Below, piece after piece: positions 11,689 to 25,138 of a stretch of DNA of 64,000 nt. Where the stretch lies: contig OZ316776.1 in NCBI GenBank assembly GCA_973851085.1, positions 1,984,001 through 2,048,000 on the forward strand, given 5' to 3'. This DNA is from Ptychomitrium polyphyllum (taxonomy: Eukaryota). The notes under the pieces are model-generated. The model worked only from the letters and a program-made list of their open reading frames with translations, was not told the DNA's origin and made no database searches. Each line of letters opens with the position of its first letter. Within the stretch, counting starts at the first letter, position 1. The position numbers were made by a program, and so were the translations under genes.

Positions 11689-14600
11689 AAGAAGTTTGCT
11701 TTTGCGGGGCACCATGAGAAGGTGTAAGGCAGCCCTTAAACTTGCTCCATGCAGATGGTGTCCAGGTGTCCGACAAGTACAATGCTAGCCAATGTATGTC
11801 TCCTCTCTTCCATCTTGACTGTTCCCCTGACTAGATAAGGGAAAGTTGGGTTTGATGGTTTTAAGCATTTGTACTGCAAGTACTTTTCGTTTGATATGGA
11901 AGGTCCTCATGCCTCTGGATGCTACATCACCCAAAGCCTTGAGCTTTGATGGACCTGAATAGTTACACTGTCAAGTTCACAGTGTAGTTAGGGAGCAATT
12001 TGTAGTTTACTGTCTGAGAGTGGCCCTCATCTTTCAGTGACCTTTGTTACCATGTATATTCTACTTTCATACTCAGCATTCACAGGCTTATTCAAGATCT
12101 TGTTTTTGTGAATTTTCCAAAGTAGGTTTGAGACAGCTTTGATAAAGTTCAATGCACGATTTGAATAGATTCAAGGAATCATACACCCCACCAAATCTAT
12201 GCACTAGGAAACAAAATCCAAAACAAATCACATACATCACTTAAAATTCCATGGGTACCAACTTCCAAAATCAGAACCAGCTCAACCCACCAATTCCATA
12301 CTGCAAAGAATTAACCCTATACCCATGCACCCCTAAGACATCACTGGACAAACAGACTGTACAAATGGAAGTGTTTGTAAGTTTGATCCCAACAGTGCTA
12401 TAAAAACTAAGGACCAGCCTGGCACACCTAACCACAACAAAACAAACTTGAGGCCATTCCTCCTTCTCAGCCCAATTGGACAGCAGATGTGCTCTGAGGA
12501 GGAAGTGGTCCTGAGCTAGGAACACATTGCCAGAGCCTGAGGAGTGCGCACACTATGATGACCCGCATGTAGCAGTAACAGGACTCACCACAACTCACCA
12601 CAATATAAAATGGAAAGCAACATATAAGGGTCCCCTTTCCCTCTCCCCAATCAACCATTCAAAAATAACTGCTTAAAAACCACAAGTTTTGATAGACTAA
12701 AGATGTGAAATCCTCAACATTGCAAACTTTTGAAATGTTTGAGTGACTAAATTAAAGGATTTCCTTTCCAAAAGGTTCTTTTTGAGACCACAAAAATCCA
12801 AAAGTTTAATGAAACATACTTTCAACTTATTATTTATAAAACATTAAAACAAAGGTGTTGCAAAAATCCAAACCATCCAAGTGTTGGTCAACTAGCCTTG
12901 AGAATCAAGAAACAATATGATGCTTGAAAACAACAACTAATGTTTGGTAAAGGGAGTTGGTTTGAATTTGTTAGTGATCCAAATTTTGGATGTTTGGATA
13001 ATATATAGGATCAACCTATTGCTTTCCATGTCTTGATTCTACATTTGGATGAAATGCTATCACTATTTTGTATTTACATACCATAAAACATTAGCAACTT
13101 TACTTGATACTTTAATTGTATTGAGTGGAACGTAGTTGAATATAAAATTCAAAGAAGAAAAGTTCCTGGAAACATCCAAGGAATGAAATGAAAGATTATA
13201 TGACCAATTGACTAATAAGCATTGGAGTATAATATATCACTAGCAAATAATGGTTGAGTAGGAAAGCAAAGGATTAATTTCAAAATGCTTGAGTTTATGG
13301 CAAATGGAGTGGCTCTCACTTAGGATGGTCTACTTGGGCTATTATAAGTGATGAATATTACACACTTATGAATATTACACACTTATCTATATTTCCTAAA
13401 TAAAATTATATGCTATCTATACGTATGTGTTAATGTCTTTAGATTTAATATTTTAAACAATTAATATTTTTAATCAATGTGCATATTTAAAAAAATAGCA
13501 AAGCAAATTCAAGCTAAGTATCAAAAATTCCATTTTCATGTGGAAAACTTTCTATATATGTATATTATAATGAAAAGTTTTATTATTTTAGGGCCATTCT
13601 CAAATCTTTAATTTAATTTTTGAATTGTGATGGAAAATTCTCAAAGCCAAGGGAATTCATACAAGAACCAAGATAATATCTCCTTCAACTTACAATTGTT
13701 ACAAATCATTTGATTTAAGGGAGCTTTCCAAACTTCAAAATGAAGAAGAAACTAGTTAAACTTGACAAGCTTAAGTTGGTCACTTGAATTTAAAAACATA
13801 TTAAGAGCTCATCTTCATATCCAAAAATTCATTTCAATAAAGGGATGTTAGTATAATTTTTATACATGATACAATATTTGACATTCTTGGCTTTAATGAA
13901 GAAGCAAAAATTACAAGCACATCATTTTCACAAGTCTTTAGTACCCTTGATAAAATCATCACCGTACAACAACAAAAAGAAATTATTAGATGAAAAGACA
14001 AACACATGGATTTTCAATGAATAAACGATGAAATCAATGAGATTTTGATCGTCTAGGCATTTAGGGATTAAAACCACATAAAACAATGTTTATAAAAAAA
14101 AATGACTTCCTTGCTCCAAAAGTTAGTCATAAAATAATTGCATGGAATTGTGTGCATGAGGGCAACACACAAGTGTGCTTATATGCATGTCAACTCTATA
14201 CTTTGCAAAAAATAACCATCCAACCTTCCATCTTTGATTCATCCTAAAAAAGCCACCAATAGGTATCATTCATGATACTACTTGTACTCAATTAACGATA
14301 TAAATGTTCCTTCAGTCAAAAATTTTACATTCCTTGTTCTTCCTATTGCTTTGGTAATAAAAGCACGATCTTATGATGCAACAACCTAATGCTAAGTCTC
14401 TTAGTTTTTATTAGATTCATTCTAAAATTTCAAACAATAGTATTTGATCATTGTAAACTGCTAGATACAACTTGTATTTTGAAACATTTGAATTCACATT
14501 TATTTGGATTATATGTCCATTCCAACGTAACAAGTTTTTTATTTGTGCGTGCAAGTCACAAATATAAACTAAGTATGGAGGTTTTTTTTTTTCCATTCTA

Positions 14601-16377
14601 ATGCGACATCTTTCTTATAACATCTTCATTTGCATTAAAAAAAAAACAAAAACAAAATGCATGGTGCAACAATGTTAGAAGATGAATTTAAGGCCTTTTT
14701 AGTTCTTTGATGGCCGCATGAATCACTTGCATGTTTGCTTTACACTTCCTCTGCTAGTTGCCCACACATGTACCCAGGTAAAGAAATGGTGGAATGTTGC
14801 AATTCCATGCATTGGATGAATTATTGTCCTTACAAAGCTAAGTGTTTGATTTTTACTTTTTTAGTCTTAAATAATATCAAGAAGAATAATGTGAAGCTTG
14901 AAAGGCCACCACAATTCAAGAGTTTGTGAAAGGAATTATGCCACTAAATAGGTAAAAAAGACCTTAGTAGCATCTGCTTTAAAATTTACAATACTTTTAT
15001 AAAGTCAATCTTGTTCATTTTTCAAAGCATTATGACCAAAGACGTATTTTCATTGAGCGTTTGATCCTAAAGATTTATTGTAACTTGACCATGTGTTTAA
15101 AATTTACTCATTTTTGTTGGCATCCTCTTTGATTAGAGAATATGTTATGTATGACAAGTGGCATATCCATGACAATGATGACATACCAATGCAATGTTGT
15201 GATGAGAGGGACATGAAGTGATTAGAGGTAACGTGCTATGAAGGAATGGTTGTATTCCTACAAAGTGATGAGAGAAATATGCTACCATGGTTGTGCACGA
15301 GTAATAGGAAGACAAATAGGTTGTTTTATGAAGAAAATGCCATACTACTACAAAGTGACAAAAGGGACACATTGCCATGATTGTACATGCATAGCCAGAA
15401 GACACAGGTATGTTTGTGAAGAAGGACAAATTGTTGCTACTTACAACAATTGTATTAGTATATATGCCAATATAATTGATAGAAACTTGCATTCAATATA
15501 ATTACCTTAGTTGATAATGTATCAATTCCATGAATAGTAACAACTAGTAGGGAATCCTAGTTTGTTTGAACCGGAGCGAGTGAAAGGCCCTTGGTTGGCA
15601 TTGGTGGGGTTGGTAGGCGCGAAGTCCTACCAATGGATGAAGAAACGGTGGCAAGCGGAGGCGGGGAAAGGGGGGCGGGTGGATGAACGGAGGGGCAGAC
15701 AGGGGACGGGAGTCGTCGGGGAGTCGTCGGGAGTCGCGCGGGTGCGCGGTGGGGCGTGCCGCTGACAGCCGTGACGTGAGGGAGGGTGGCCACAGAGGGG
15801 GTGCAAGATGTCCAGAGTGGCGGGGGCCCGCTTTGCGGAGGGAGAGTGCCGAGACTGGAGAGCAAGGCTGGCTGGGAGCGGGGGTTGGGGTTCGCGTCGG
15901 CCTTCGCTCTCCTGCAATATCGTCGTCTCTCTCGCTCCTGGACACAGGACTTGCTGCCCTGGCTCGTTCTTACCGTTGTTCTGCCAATAGTCTCCCTTCG
16001 CCCCCACCTCCCTACCCTCCTCTCTCTTTCTTTCTCTCGTGCGCTCGCTGCCTACACAAACTGCTGCGGGGTATGGTGCGGCTCCGGGGGCGGGGGCCAG
16101 CGATGGCGACGGGGGCGACGAGGATTCAGATCAGGAGGCCACTGCTCCGGACGTAGAGCCACGGCGCGGGGGCCGACGGGGAGGGGCGGGCGGGGGGCTA
16201 GGGGGTTAGGGGGCGATGATGGCGCAGGGCGGGTGAGCCTGGGCACCACGCAGGGACTCGCGAGAGGAGCGCAGGGGGCACACGGGGAGCGGGGCGGGGC
16301 GGGACGGCGACCGACAGGAGCCACGGCCGTCGTGGTTGGGCGCGCGAGGGCGCGGGACGCTGCGTGGGTTCGGCGCC

Positions 16378-19300
16378 ATGGGGGACAACCCTAGTCAGAA
16401 GCAGCGGGGGATGGGCAAGCGAGTGTACCAAGTCTGGAAGGGCAGCAATGTAAGTCGCCTGCCACTCGCCGTGTGTTTGTTTGGCTGTCGTAGCTTGAGA
16501 GTGTCTCTTCCGAGCGAGTGCTCGGGAGGGCTTCGCCGATGGTCGGTTTCGACACCTGGGCTGTGTGCAACAGCGTCGCGCCGTCGTCGTCGGTGTCATC
16601 GGGACGAGCTGCTACGTCACTCGGTCGTGGCGTGGTCGAATGTGACCTAGTAGGGGTCTCTGTGCCGGTGGAGTTGCGCGTGTGGTGGAATGTCCGGTGT
16701 TGTGAATCCGGAGGTCCCAGGTGTGAGGTTGGCAGTCGGGATCTGTTGTGTGGGCGTGCAATTGTCCGTGCGAAACGGGAGGGAGGGGTTTTTCGATTGT
16801 GGCCGAGCTGAGCATCGCAGGGTGTACTGCAATGAAGTCATGAATGAGGCGGTACGTTAGGGGTAGGTCAATGAATGAGAGGGAGTGACGGAGTGGCCCT
16901 CGCGGGCAATGCGCGGTGCGCGGCTGAGTTCGTCTCTTCGGGGTGGGTTTCCGGGTTGCGACGGTCTCCCGGATGGCTCGCGTTTGGGGACGGATGGCGA
17001 GTGCAGGGCAGAGATTGTTGTGTGCACATTGCACATCCAACGTGTGTCGGGGATGGTGGTGGAAGATGAGGGCTTTCATGTATATTGTGAGGTTTCCATG
17101 TAGCTGGGCGGGTGGCAGGAGCGTGGTGGGAGCTGGCGTCCACCGTCGCATGTGGTGGCTAGGTGCACACGGTATCGGTCGTTGGTTAGAGCGAGTGTTG
17201 GGGGCAGCTCGGGCAATCCCGAGTCCCGACCCGGATTTCGAGGGAGGGGATGCTGTCGGAGATCCGTTTCCGGGTTTTTGGGAAGCTCGCAGGAGAGGGC
17301 GATGGTGGAGTGTTGAGTTGTGGGACGGTTTGAGCGCATGTGGTTAGGGGTTTCGTGTCGAGTTTGGCAATGTGCAGATCCCTTTGCATGGGAGGGCCAA
17401 GCACATGGAGCGACGAGGGCAGGCGTTGCGGGGACGATGGTATGGCGGAGGGGATTGCCTGTGTGACGGGCAGGTCCAGTTAGGGGTCTGGGAACTGGGT
17501 GGTGCGGACGAAGTGCATGTGTGGGGGCACGCCCATTGTGGGGCGTGCGTGACCTAGTTTCGGAGGTGGGCGCGGTGAGGATGGGCTGATCGATGTGGAA
17601 GTGCTTGGTGTGCAGAGGTTCTTTCTCTGCGGGAGGTTGATTTTCGGTCCGGACGTGCGGTCGCTGGCGGTGACGGTGTTCCTGATCGTGGCGCCGGCAG
17701 TGTGCTTCTGCGTGTTCGTGGGTCGTCACTTGCTGAACCACTTCGACAACCACGCGGGAATCGCGATCGTTGCGGTGACTGTCATCTACACTGTCTATGT
17801 AAGTCCGACACGAACTGGTGCGCATGGGCCTGGTCGAGGAGGTGCACTGTGTGCAGTTTCCTGGGTCGAGAGAGTGTCGTGGCAGGGACCTTGGGGCTGT
17901 GGGGCTAGCCGGAAGTGGTGATGGATGGTGCGGTTGCTGGGTGTGTGTTGGGTGTGCATTCCGGGCGATGGTCTGACCGGAGTGTGGGTGATGATGGGAG
18001 GCAGGTGCTGATATTGCTGCTGTTGACGTCCGGAAGGGACCCCGGGATCATCCCTCGCAACTCGCACCCGCCGGAGCTGGAGGACGACTTTGATCCGAAC
18101 CAGTCTCCCGGGGACTGGGGAGGGCAGACGCCGCGGCTACGGCTGCCGCGGACGAAGGATGTGATTGTGAACGGCGTGTCGGTGAAGACGAAGTACTGCG
18201 ACACGTGCATGCTGTACCGTCCACCGCGGTGTTCTCACTGCTCGATATGCAACAATTGTGTGCTGCGATTCGACCACCATTGCCCTTGGGTGGGACAGTG
18301 CATCGGGCAGGTAGGGACAGGCGGTGCTGTAGTGTCCGGGGGATTTCTTGGATCTGGTGGGTGCTTTGGGGTCGTGACGCTGTGGGCAGTGGGAGCTTCT
18401 GCGTTGTGGCAGTGATGAGTGGTACGGGAGGGTGGGAGGATTGGTGGAGGTGGTAGGTTTGAGTGCGTTTGGAGGAGGCGTCGGCATTGGTGGTTGTGTT
18501 TGTGTCTTCCTGATGGTGGGCGGTGTGTTTGGTGGCGTTTGCAGAGAAACTACCGGTTCTTCTTCATGTTCGTGTCGTCGACTTCGTTGTTGTGCGTGTA
18601 CGTGTTTGCGATGTGCGCACTGTACATAAAGATCCTGATGGACGACGGGCATCGCACGGTGTGGCGGGCGCTGTCACGGTCTCCGGCTTCCATCGTGCTG
18701 ATGGTGTATACGTTCATATGCGTGTGGTTCGTGGGTGGGCTGACGGTGTTCCATCTGTACCTCATTGGTACAAACCAGGTGCGTGCTTCTGTTGGGCGAG
18801 GGGTCGCCGGTGGGTGTGGATTGTAGGTCGTGAGTGGGCACACGGTTGAATGGCATTTAGGCTTGTTTGTGGGGGGTTGTGGGTGCGGCTTGTGATTTGT
18901 TTGGTCCGTTGGGGGAGCGCGGCTTGAGGAGTGTGGGTTGTGGTTGTGGTTGTGGTGTAGACGACGTATGAGAACTTCCGGTATCGGTACGACAACAAGG
19001 TGAACCCTTACAACCGAGGGTGCGCGAGCAACTTCAACGAGATATTCTGCACAAAGATCCCGGCTTCAAAGAACCGGTTCAGGAGCAGGGTACAGGAGGT
19101 GATTCCGGGGCAAATGGGGGCGGCGCAGGCGGCGGTGGAGATGGGAGAGGTGCAGGGATCGGGGGCGGGGAAGGGGCCGGACGTGGAACAGGGGTACAAG
19201 GCGACGTGGCCAAATGCGGAGGAGATGGTGGGGGAGGGGGGCGAGGTGGAGATGGCGGGGGGCCGGGTGAGCACGGGGAGTGAGCTGGGGATGGAGATGA

Positions 19301-19527
19301 AGGACGGGTTCGACATGCATGGGGTGGAGCAGGGTCGTCCGGCGGTGGCCCACCCGCGGCGGTCGAGCTGGGGGCGGAAGAGCGGGAGCTGGGAGATCAC
19401 CCCGGACATCCTGGCGATGTCGTCTGGAGAGGGCGGGCAGGGGCACAGCAACCATGCGCATGCGCACGGGCACGCGCACGCGCCGGGCCGTTTGAATGGA
19501 GAGACAACGCCTCCCGGGAATCGATGA
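16378..19527 (+). CDS. DHHC-CRD protein S-acyltransferase (plant PAT8-like), 5 exons, 453 aa
   Basis: Exons 16378-16449, 17616-17798, 18005-18310, 18545-18778, 18961-19527, all GT-AG and phase 0. Motifs [87 protein letters not shown]. Confidence 0.95.
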
Positions 19528-22500
19528 TCCAGGTTCGTCATCGCAGAGGCGGAGGCGAGTTGAGAGAGGAAGGGGGGCAGGGGGTGGGCGGGTAGAGTGG
19601 GGTGGTAGGGAGGGGCGGGGCGGAAGGCGGTCTCGAGGTGCAGATCAGAAACCCCGTGGAGGTGATGGGGGCGACGAGCGGGGTGGTGTGGAGGAGATGC
19701 ACTTGTAGAATAAGTTCTATGGACACGTTGGCCGGAGCGAAGGCGGGCGCGCGTGACGTTCGGGGAGAGTGTGTCGTCATTCGGGAGCAAGTGGCGGAGG
19801 GCAGTGGAGCGACGGTCCCAGCAGCAGGCGCGGCGTGGGTGGTTGTGACGCAGAGCAGCAGACGACCGAGGGACCCTGTAATTCGAATCTGCAGGCAGGC
19901 GGGGGTCCGAGCCGGTTTCATGTGTTTGTGTTTAACACTGGAGCCGGGCGTGTTTCGTGTTGTTGTGTTAAGCCTCCGGTGGGTGACTGGCTTTGCTCAG
20001 GTATTTTTATTTGAAGGTGGCTCCGCTGGCAGTGCGCAGTGAGGCTCGGTGATTGTAATGTATTGCTTGTTATTAATTGGACAAACCTATTGATCTGTGA
20101 CCTATATCTTCCGAGCATCTTGTTGGTTCATTATATGGTGGTCGGAGTTGATGGCAGGTGTTTTTGGTTTACTTCTGTGTTTGCTTTTTTTCATTGGTTT
20201 TTGTGTCGTGTTAATCGAAGATCATTAGTTGAATGTGATGTTTTGTTGTTTTTGTCTTTTTTTTTAGCTTCTTTACTGCGTTCTACTTTTGTCGTGTTGT
20301 GCAGTTCGATTTTCTCGTGTCTTGTATGCATGATGTTGTTGTGGCGGTATATGTTTGTTGGATTGCTGTTGTCACTGTGTGCTTCGTTTGAGTTTGGCTG
20401 GTGTGGATGTGGAGGTTCATGAATGGGTTAGGCTATTTTTTAGTTAATATTGTGGAATAGTTGTTTCATTTGAGAATATGGTTGGCACTCGGCAAGTGGT
20501 CTTTTTCAGAGGGTTGAACAGTATTTGAGTCGATGTATATGCGTTCCACTTGGTCGGTGCATACTAGGAAGTGTAGCTGCTGCATGCAGCTTTGGTATAT
20601 GATTTGGTGCAGGGATAGTTTGCAACAGCTTGGGACATTCGTATTCGAACACCTAAATTAGACATGTTAGTTTTCGACCAGCTCGCTCATCTTCCTAGGC
20701 TACCGTTACGTTTGAATTTTTTTGGAGAGTCGGTATGCTCAGTGCTAGCTTCCATAGTGGTCGGCGTGGAAGAGCCTTTTTGATCTTATCTTTGCATGGC
20801 TAAATCGTGGGCTTTGTGAAGGTGTCAGCGAAATGTTGTCCATCACATTATGGACGATGATGGAGCTATTGCCTGCCGAACGCAGTGATTTGAAGCATTA
20901 CACCTCCTAATGGAGGCTTTACAATTTTCACAGGAAGTTGCTTGGTTATCAAAAATGAAAACGCACTTAAAACGAAAAATAATCAAAAGGAGTAATTCGG
21001 ACTGAGAAGGAGAATGCATTCCATCAGAACGAAAATCCATAAGGAGGGGAGAACTATCGAATCCTTGAGGAACGTAGGGAAGCGGAATCCTTTGGAAACG
21101 TAAAGAGGAGCCTTTGACGAGCTCCGTTTTGTACATAGTTTTCCTAGGAAAAAGTTTAAGCAGGAAAGAAAAGTAGGAAATACTGCCTGGAGGTATACTT
21201 AGTAACACACAGAAAAGCGTTGTTTTGCCACGTTTTTTATAGTAGAGTGAAATGGGAAGCTATCCCTTGTAACATCTGTCCACTTCAGCAGGGATGGTCA
21301 GATTTAGTTGATAAGCAAAAGCTTAGGAAATGGAGTTTAACAGGTAAGTTGGGTTGAGCCAATGCAGTGACGTTGATGAGCACACGGAGCAAAGTTGCAG
21401 ACTAGGACCAGTTTTGATGAGTACACATTTATCATTTGTAAGGTTGAACCAATTTAATGGAATGTTTGGAGGAGATGAAATTCAGACTTACCTTATATTA
21501 TTGGAAGATCCAAAATTTAGGAGAACCTTTGGTTAGCACTTCATCATAAAATCTTTTTTGTGAGTTTGACACGGAGTATGGTATTAAAATGGATGTGTTA
21601 TATCCCATAATGTGATATGTTCCGGGTGTTATATCCCACGTTTTGTCATATCTAGCATTGTGTCATATCCCACATTAGATCTTAATAACAAAATGACAAT
21701 AAAATGATTGATTTAAATGTTATCAAAATAACACCAATTTGTCAATCAATCATTATGGTGTTAAAATGACATTGAAATCACATTTTATGTGATTTTGAAG
21801 TGATTTTGAATTCCTATTGATATAATTTTAATCAAATTTTAATCAAAACAATATTTGATAGACTATAGATTCTGCATTCTTATGAAAATTGTTGAAATAT
21901 TTTCAAAAAAAGAAATCTGTTATATTCTACAATTTGTTGTACATTGTCATAATTGTTTTATATGTTTTGAAACATTTATGATTTATTCTATAAATATCCA
22001 AAAAATACATGGCAACTACAAGATTAACTACCTAAATGTTTTCAAAAATTTCCACACAAACACTAAATCATAAATGTTTTTCAACTTTTTGTTTATTTAA
22101 GTCATCATATGTTTAAATTTTTGAATTTCGAAAAATTTAAATATTTGAATTTCGAAGTGTACCAAATCAACACAGTTGCCTTATTGCCGTAAAGATCGCC
22201 TTCCACCGAAAATTGCACAAATTAAAGTTTGGAAAGGTAATTTACAATGAAAAGTACCATTAAATGGCAAACTCAATTGTCTATATCCAATACAAAGAAT
22301 CACTCACTGAATTTTACCATATTCTTAGAGTAGAAATACAAAATTGTTAAAAGAGACCACTCTTTGGTCTTCTTAGACTTCGAGTTAACCTGTTATGGAG
22401 GATTATGGAGTTCGGAAACACTCAGCTCTTGTCAGAAACCAAAGAGCTCTTCTCGTGGATGATGATCAAGGGTCCTAAAATGTAATTTTTAATCTTACAA

Positions 22501-22639
22501 CATGCCAACGAATCAAATATTGACAAATCGCGAGACATCATTCAAAGAGGCCAATCCACTCATATCGTGAAGCAGATCCAAGAGGAATTTTCTTACGACT
22601 ACAGCTCCTAGCCAATCCTTCTTTAAAATGAAGTCCATT

Positions 22640-23462
22640 GACTGACATGACAACCAGTTGTCTGCACCTGTACAATAGGATGCGTATGGGAATTCTCAAT
22701 GGCCACCCCCTGAAGCTGAAGATTCGTTGCTCGCTCTTCAACCTCAACCCCTCAGTGACGACCATGATATAGGACCCTAACGCAGGGACATACTTCCTGC
22801 CACAGCTCTCTCCAGCAACATACAGAGGCCTCGATCTGCATCCCCGATCGCCAAAGAAGAAAACAAGAGTCTTGTAGAGGTCAAGTGCGACTTCACACTG
22901 GTTTGAGACAATGGTATCAAGATGGTGCTATGCTAATCCTGACCCTGCAGGGTTGTCAATGAAGAGCAACCCAAAGTGTCTGTTCCAAGGAGTGGTTTTC
23001 TTGTGTAGCTCCACATCCTCTTCTACCCTCATGGATCTAATTCCCAAAATTTCCTACCAGTCTTGAACATCCAGGACCTCCCTGCACACTCGATCAAAAC
23101 CTACCTGAACTCCTGATCATTGTAACTCTTTCTCCGAAATATCACCATATCCATATATCAAAAAGATGTTGTGAAACACTTCTAAAGTGCAGAGCATGAT
23201 ATTGTACCTGTAACCAAAGAATGACGGGCGTATTTGAGAGCTCGTCGGTAGCCTCAAGCGCCTCTTAGTACACCAGAAACATACTCGACGCGGTGGAAGT
23301 GTTCACGTCAATGTAGCCACTCCTCATCGGCAACGCTTCTTCAGGTACCTTGTATGAGTGATCACCTTTAGCTAACCATGATGACAGTATCACCACGAAA
23401 ACAAAGGACAACTTGACTGCATCTTGAACATCGTGAAGAGAAAATGGATCCGCCATCGCCAT
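22640..23462 (-). pseudogene. Serine carboxypeptidase-like (S10, SCPL50-like) unprocessed pseudogene
   Basis: Signal-peptide-like start, PEEALPMRSGYIDV, premature stop at 23265-23267, PVILWLQ|GGPGCS across an intron at 23082-23207, WNRHFGLLFIDNPAGSG, RPLYVAGESCGRKYVPALG; further frameshifts; C-terminal half not recognisable. Confidence 0.85.
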
Positions 23463-23863
23463 TCTTTCTCGAGTAAGATCGATCTTTCTCCAGGAAAGTA
23501 CAAGGTCATCGGCTATAGATCACTCCAATAAGGCAAAAACATTCCATGACCCTTAAACCTAAACAATACTGTGTCTTGCAAAGGAAGAAAGCATCCTCCC
23601 CACAACTTGAGAATCCTCACCATCCGCTGCTTGAAATCATCTCTTTTGTTAATCTTGTATAAGAAAATGTGGTACTTCAGCTGATGACCGTGAAGAGCAA
23701 ACTACAGTTCTGCAGAGGAATAGATGCTGATGTCCGGCTGAGGCCGGATGATATCTGGGTGAGATATGGGTTAGGTCATGCCCGACGATGGCAACAGTGG
23801 ATAAGGAGAGCGCCAAGTAATCTGCCAAGTAGTCGCGAGCTTGGTGAGCTTGGGAGAGATGAG

Positions 23864-25138
23864 ATGGTGAGGGGGTTGGCGAAGGCCCTGCGGGGAGCGA
23901 GCAAGGCCGACAAGAAGCAGAAGGAGGAGTACGAGGAGGGGTCGGTGTCGTCGCGCGAGGGCTCCTTTGGGCCGCGCTCGTTTCCGCACGATGTGAAGGA
24001 GGCATGCTGGGCCAAGGCCGAGACCGTCAAGGGCCGCGACCCCGCCCGCTGGCGCCGCGATGCGCTGGGCAACATCGTGTTCCGCAAGCTCGTGGGATGC
24101 CAGGGCTGCCTATGCCACGATTACGACCACATCGTGCCCTACTCCAAGGTGGATCACCCTTATTCTCAAGCCCTCATTCCTCCTCTCCTGTCTGCTGGGC
24201 TGCTGGAAAATGTCGCCCATTGCAAATGTCTACGTGTTTATTTGTAGATTGTAGCATTGAATTGAAATTGACAATGGCCTCACACAATTCAATTCAAGCG
24301 TGGAGGAGCCGCGGCGGATGTGCCCAGCGAATAATCAAGTGCCTGCGTCGTATGCCTCTGAAAGTTTGAAGAGTTTCATTTTATGTACACTTTTAGGGGC
24401 TGACGAAGGTGGTCTGGTTGCGTGTGACAGGGGGGTCCCAGCACTCTAGACAACTGCCAGATTCTTCAGGTTGTTGCAAAACCTCAGTCTCTGCACTTCT
24501 AACTTCTTTTGCACAAGCTAGTAGCCCTCCTTTAAGCCCTAATACAAAATGGACTTTAACATTTGAGACCTTGGAGAATTCGGTGATAGATATTTGTACT
24601 AGGGGTGGTGTGTTTGTGATGTGTTTGAGATGTGTCGAAGATGGTGATCCGGCAGCCTTGTGCACAACTGACTGCCGAGAGTGTTGCAGGCACCAGCGAA
24701 TCGTGCTAAGGGAGCCCGGATGAATGTGTCGAAAACTGAGTTGCAGCAACGTAGTGCATACTGCTCTTTGTCAGGTACAGAAAATGACGGTCCTTTTTAG
24801 TTTTTAGGGTTCAATTTGAGTTGGAAGTCTTCCTGTGTTCCAGTTTATTTGTGTGCGTGGGTTTTAGGTGTTTTCATTTCGAATAGCTGGATGTAGCGCT
24901 TGCGACCAGTTGGAATGACTGGTAAGGTAATAGAATATCGCGGTTTCTTGCAGTACTCTGCTGATGAAGAACGTTAGATTGGAAGAGAGAATCACGTGGT
25001 TGGTGCCCATCAATTGGCTTGAATCTAAAGGCTTTTAAGTGTTCAGGACGGGAGATGGATTTTGTGGAGCTATCGGCCTACAATAATGTGCACCACATTA
25101 AGGACGATGAAGGAGGTATTGGCTGTCGAATGCAGTGA
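23864..25138 (+). CDS. Plant HNH-endonuclease-domain protein, 4 exons, 166 aa
   Basis: Exons 23864-24148, 24431-24469, 24690-24774, 25047-25138 (GT-AG, frame kept). PRSFP..CWAKAE.VKGRDPARWRRDALGNIVFRKLVGCQGCLCHDYDHIVPYSK|GGPSTLDNCQILQ|APANRAKG; ends GCRMQ*. Start ATG chosen by plausibility; upstream in-frame starts exist. Confidence 0.9.

Larger units (their letters stand above)
8960..11830 (-). pseudogene. Degraded PHD-finger (PHD/C5HCH-like) gene relic, split by the TIR-bounded element
   Basis: Frameshifted pieces read CTCRTPG..KGC (about 11720-11790), CYHPKC (about 9430) and EDWFCILCE..YLIFCDD..LHPC..LKCPRRLVCLE (9000-9150); AG acceptor at 9555. Pattern match only. Confidence 0.35.

Noticed and set aside
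15145..15501. Cys/His-rich short ORFs
   Set aside because: No recognisable family, splice sites or continuation; probably a decayed repeat.
15544..20042. Dense overlapping long ORFs on both strands
   Set aside because: Artefact of high GC and few stop codons; only the spliced DHHC frame carries protein motifs.
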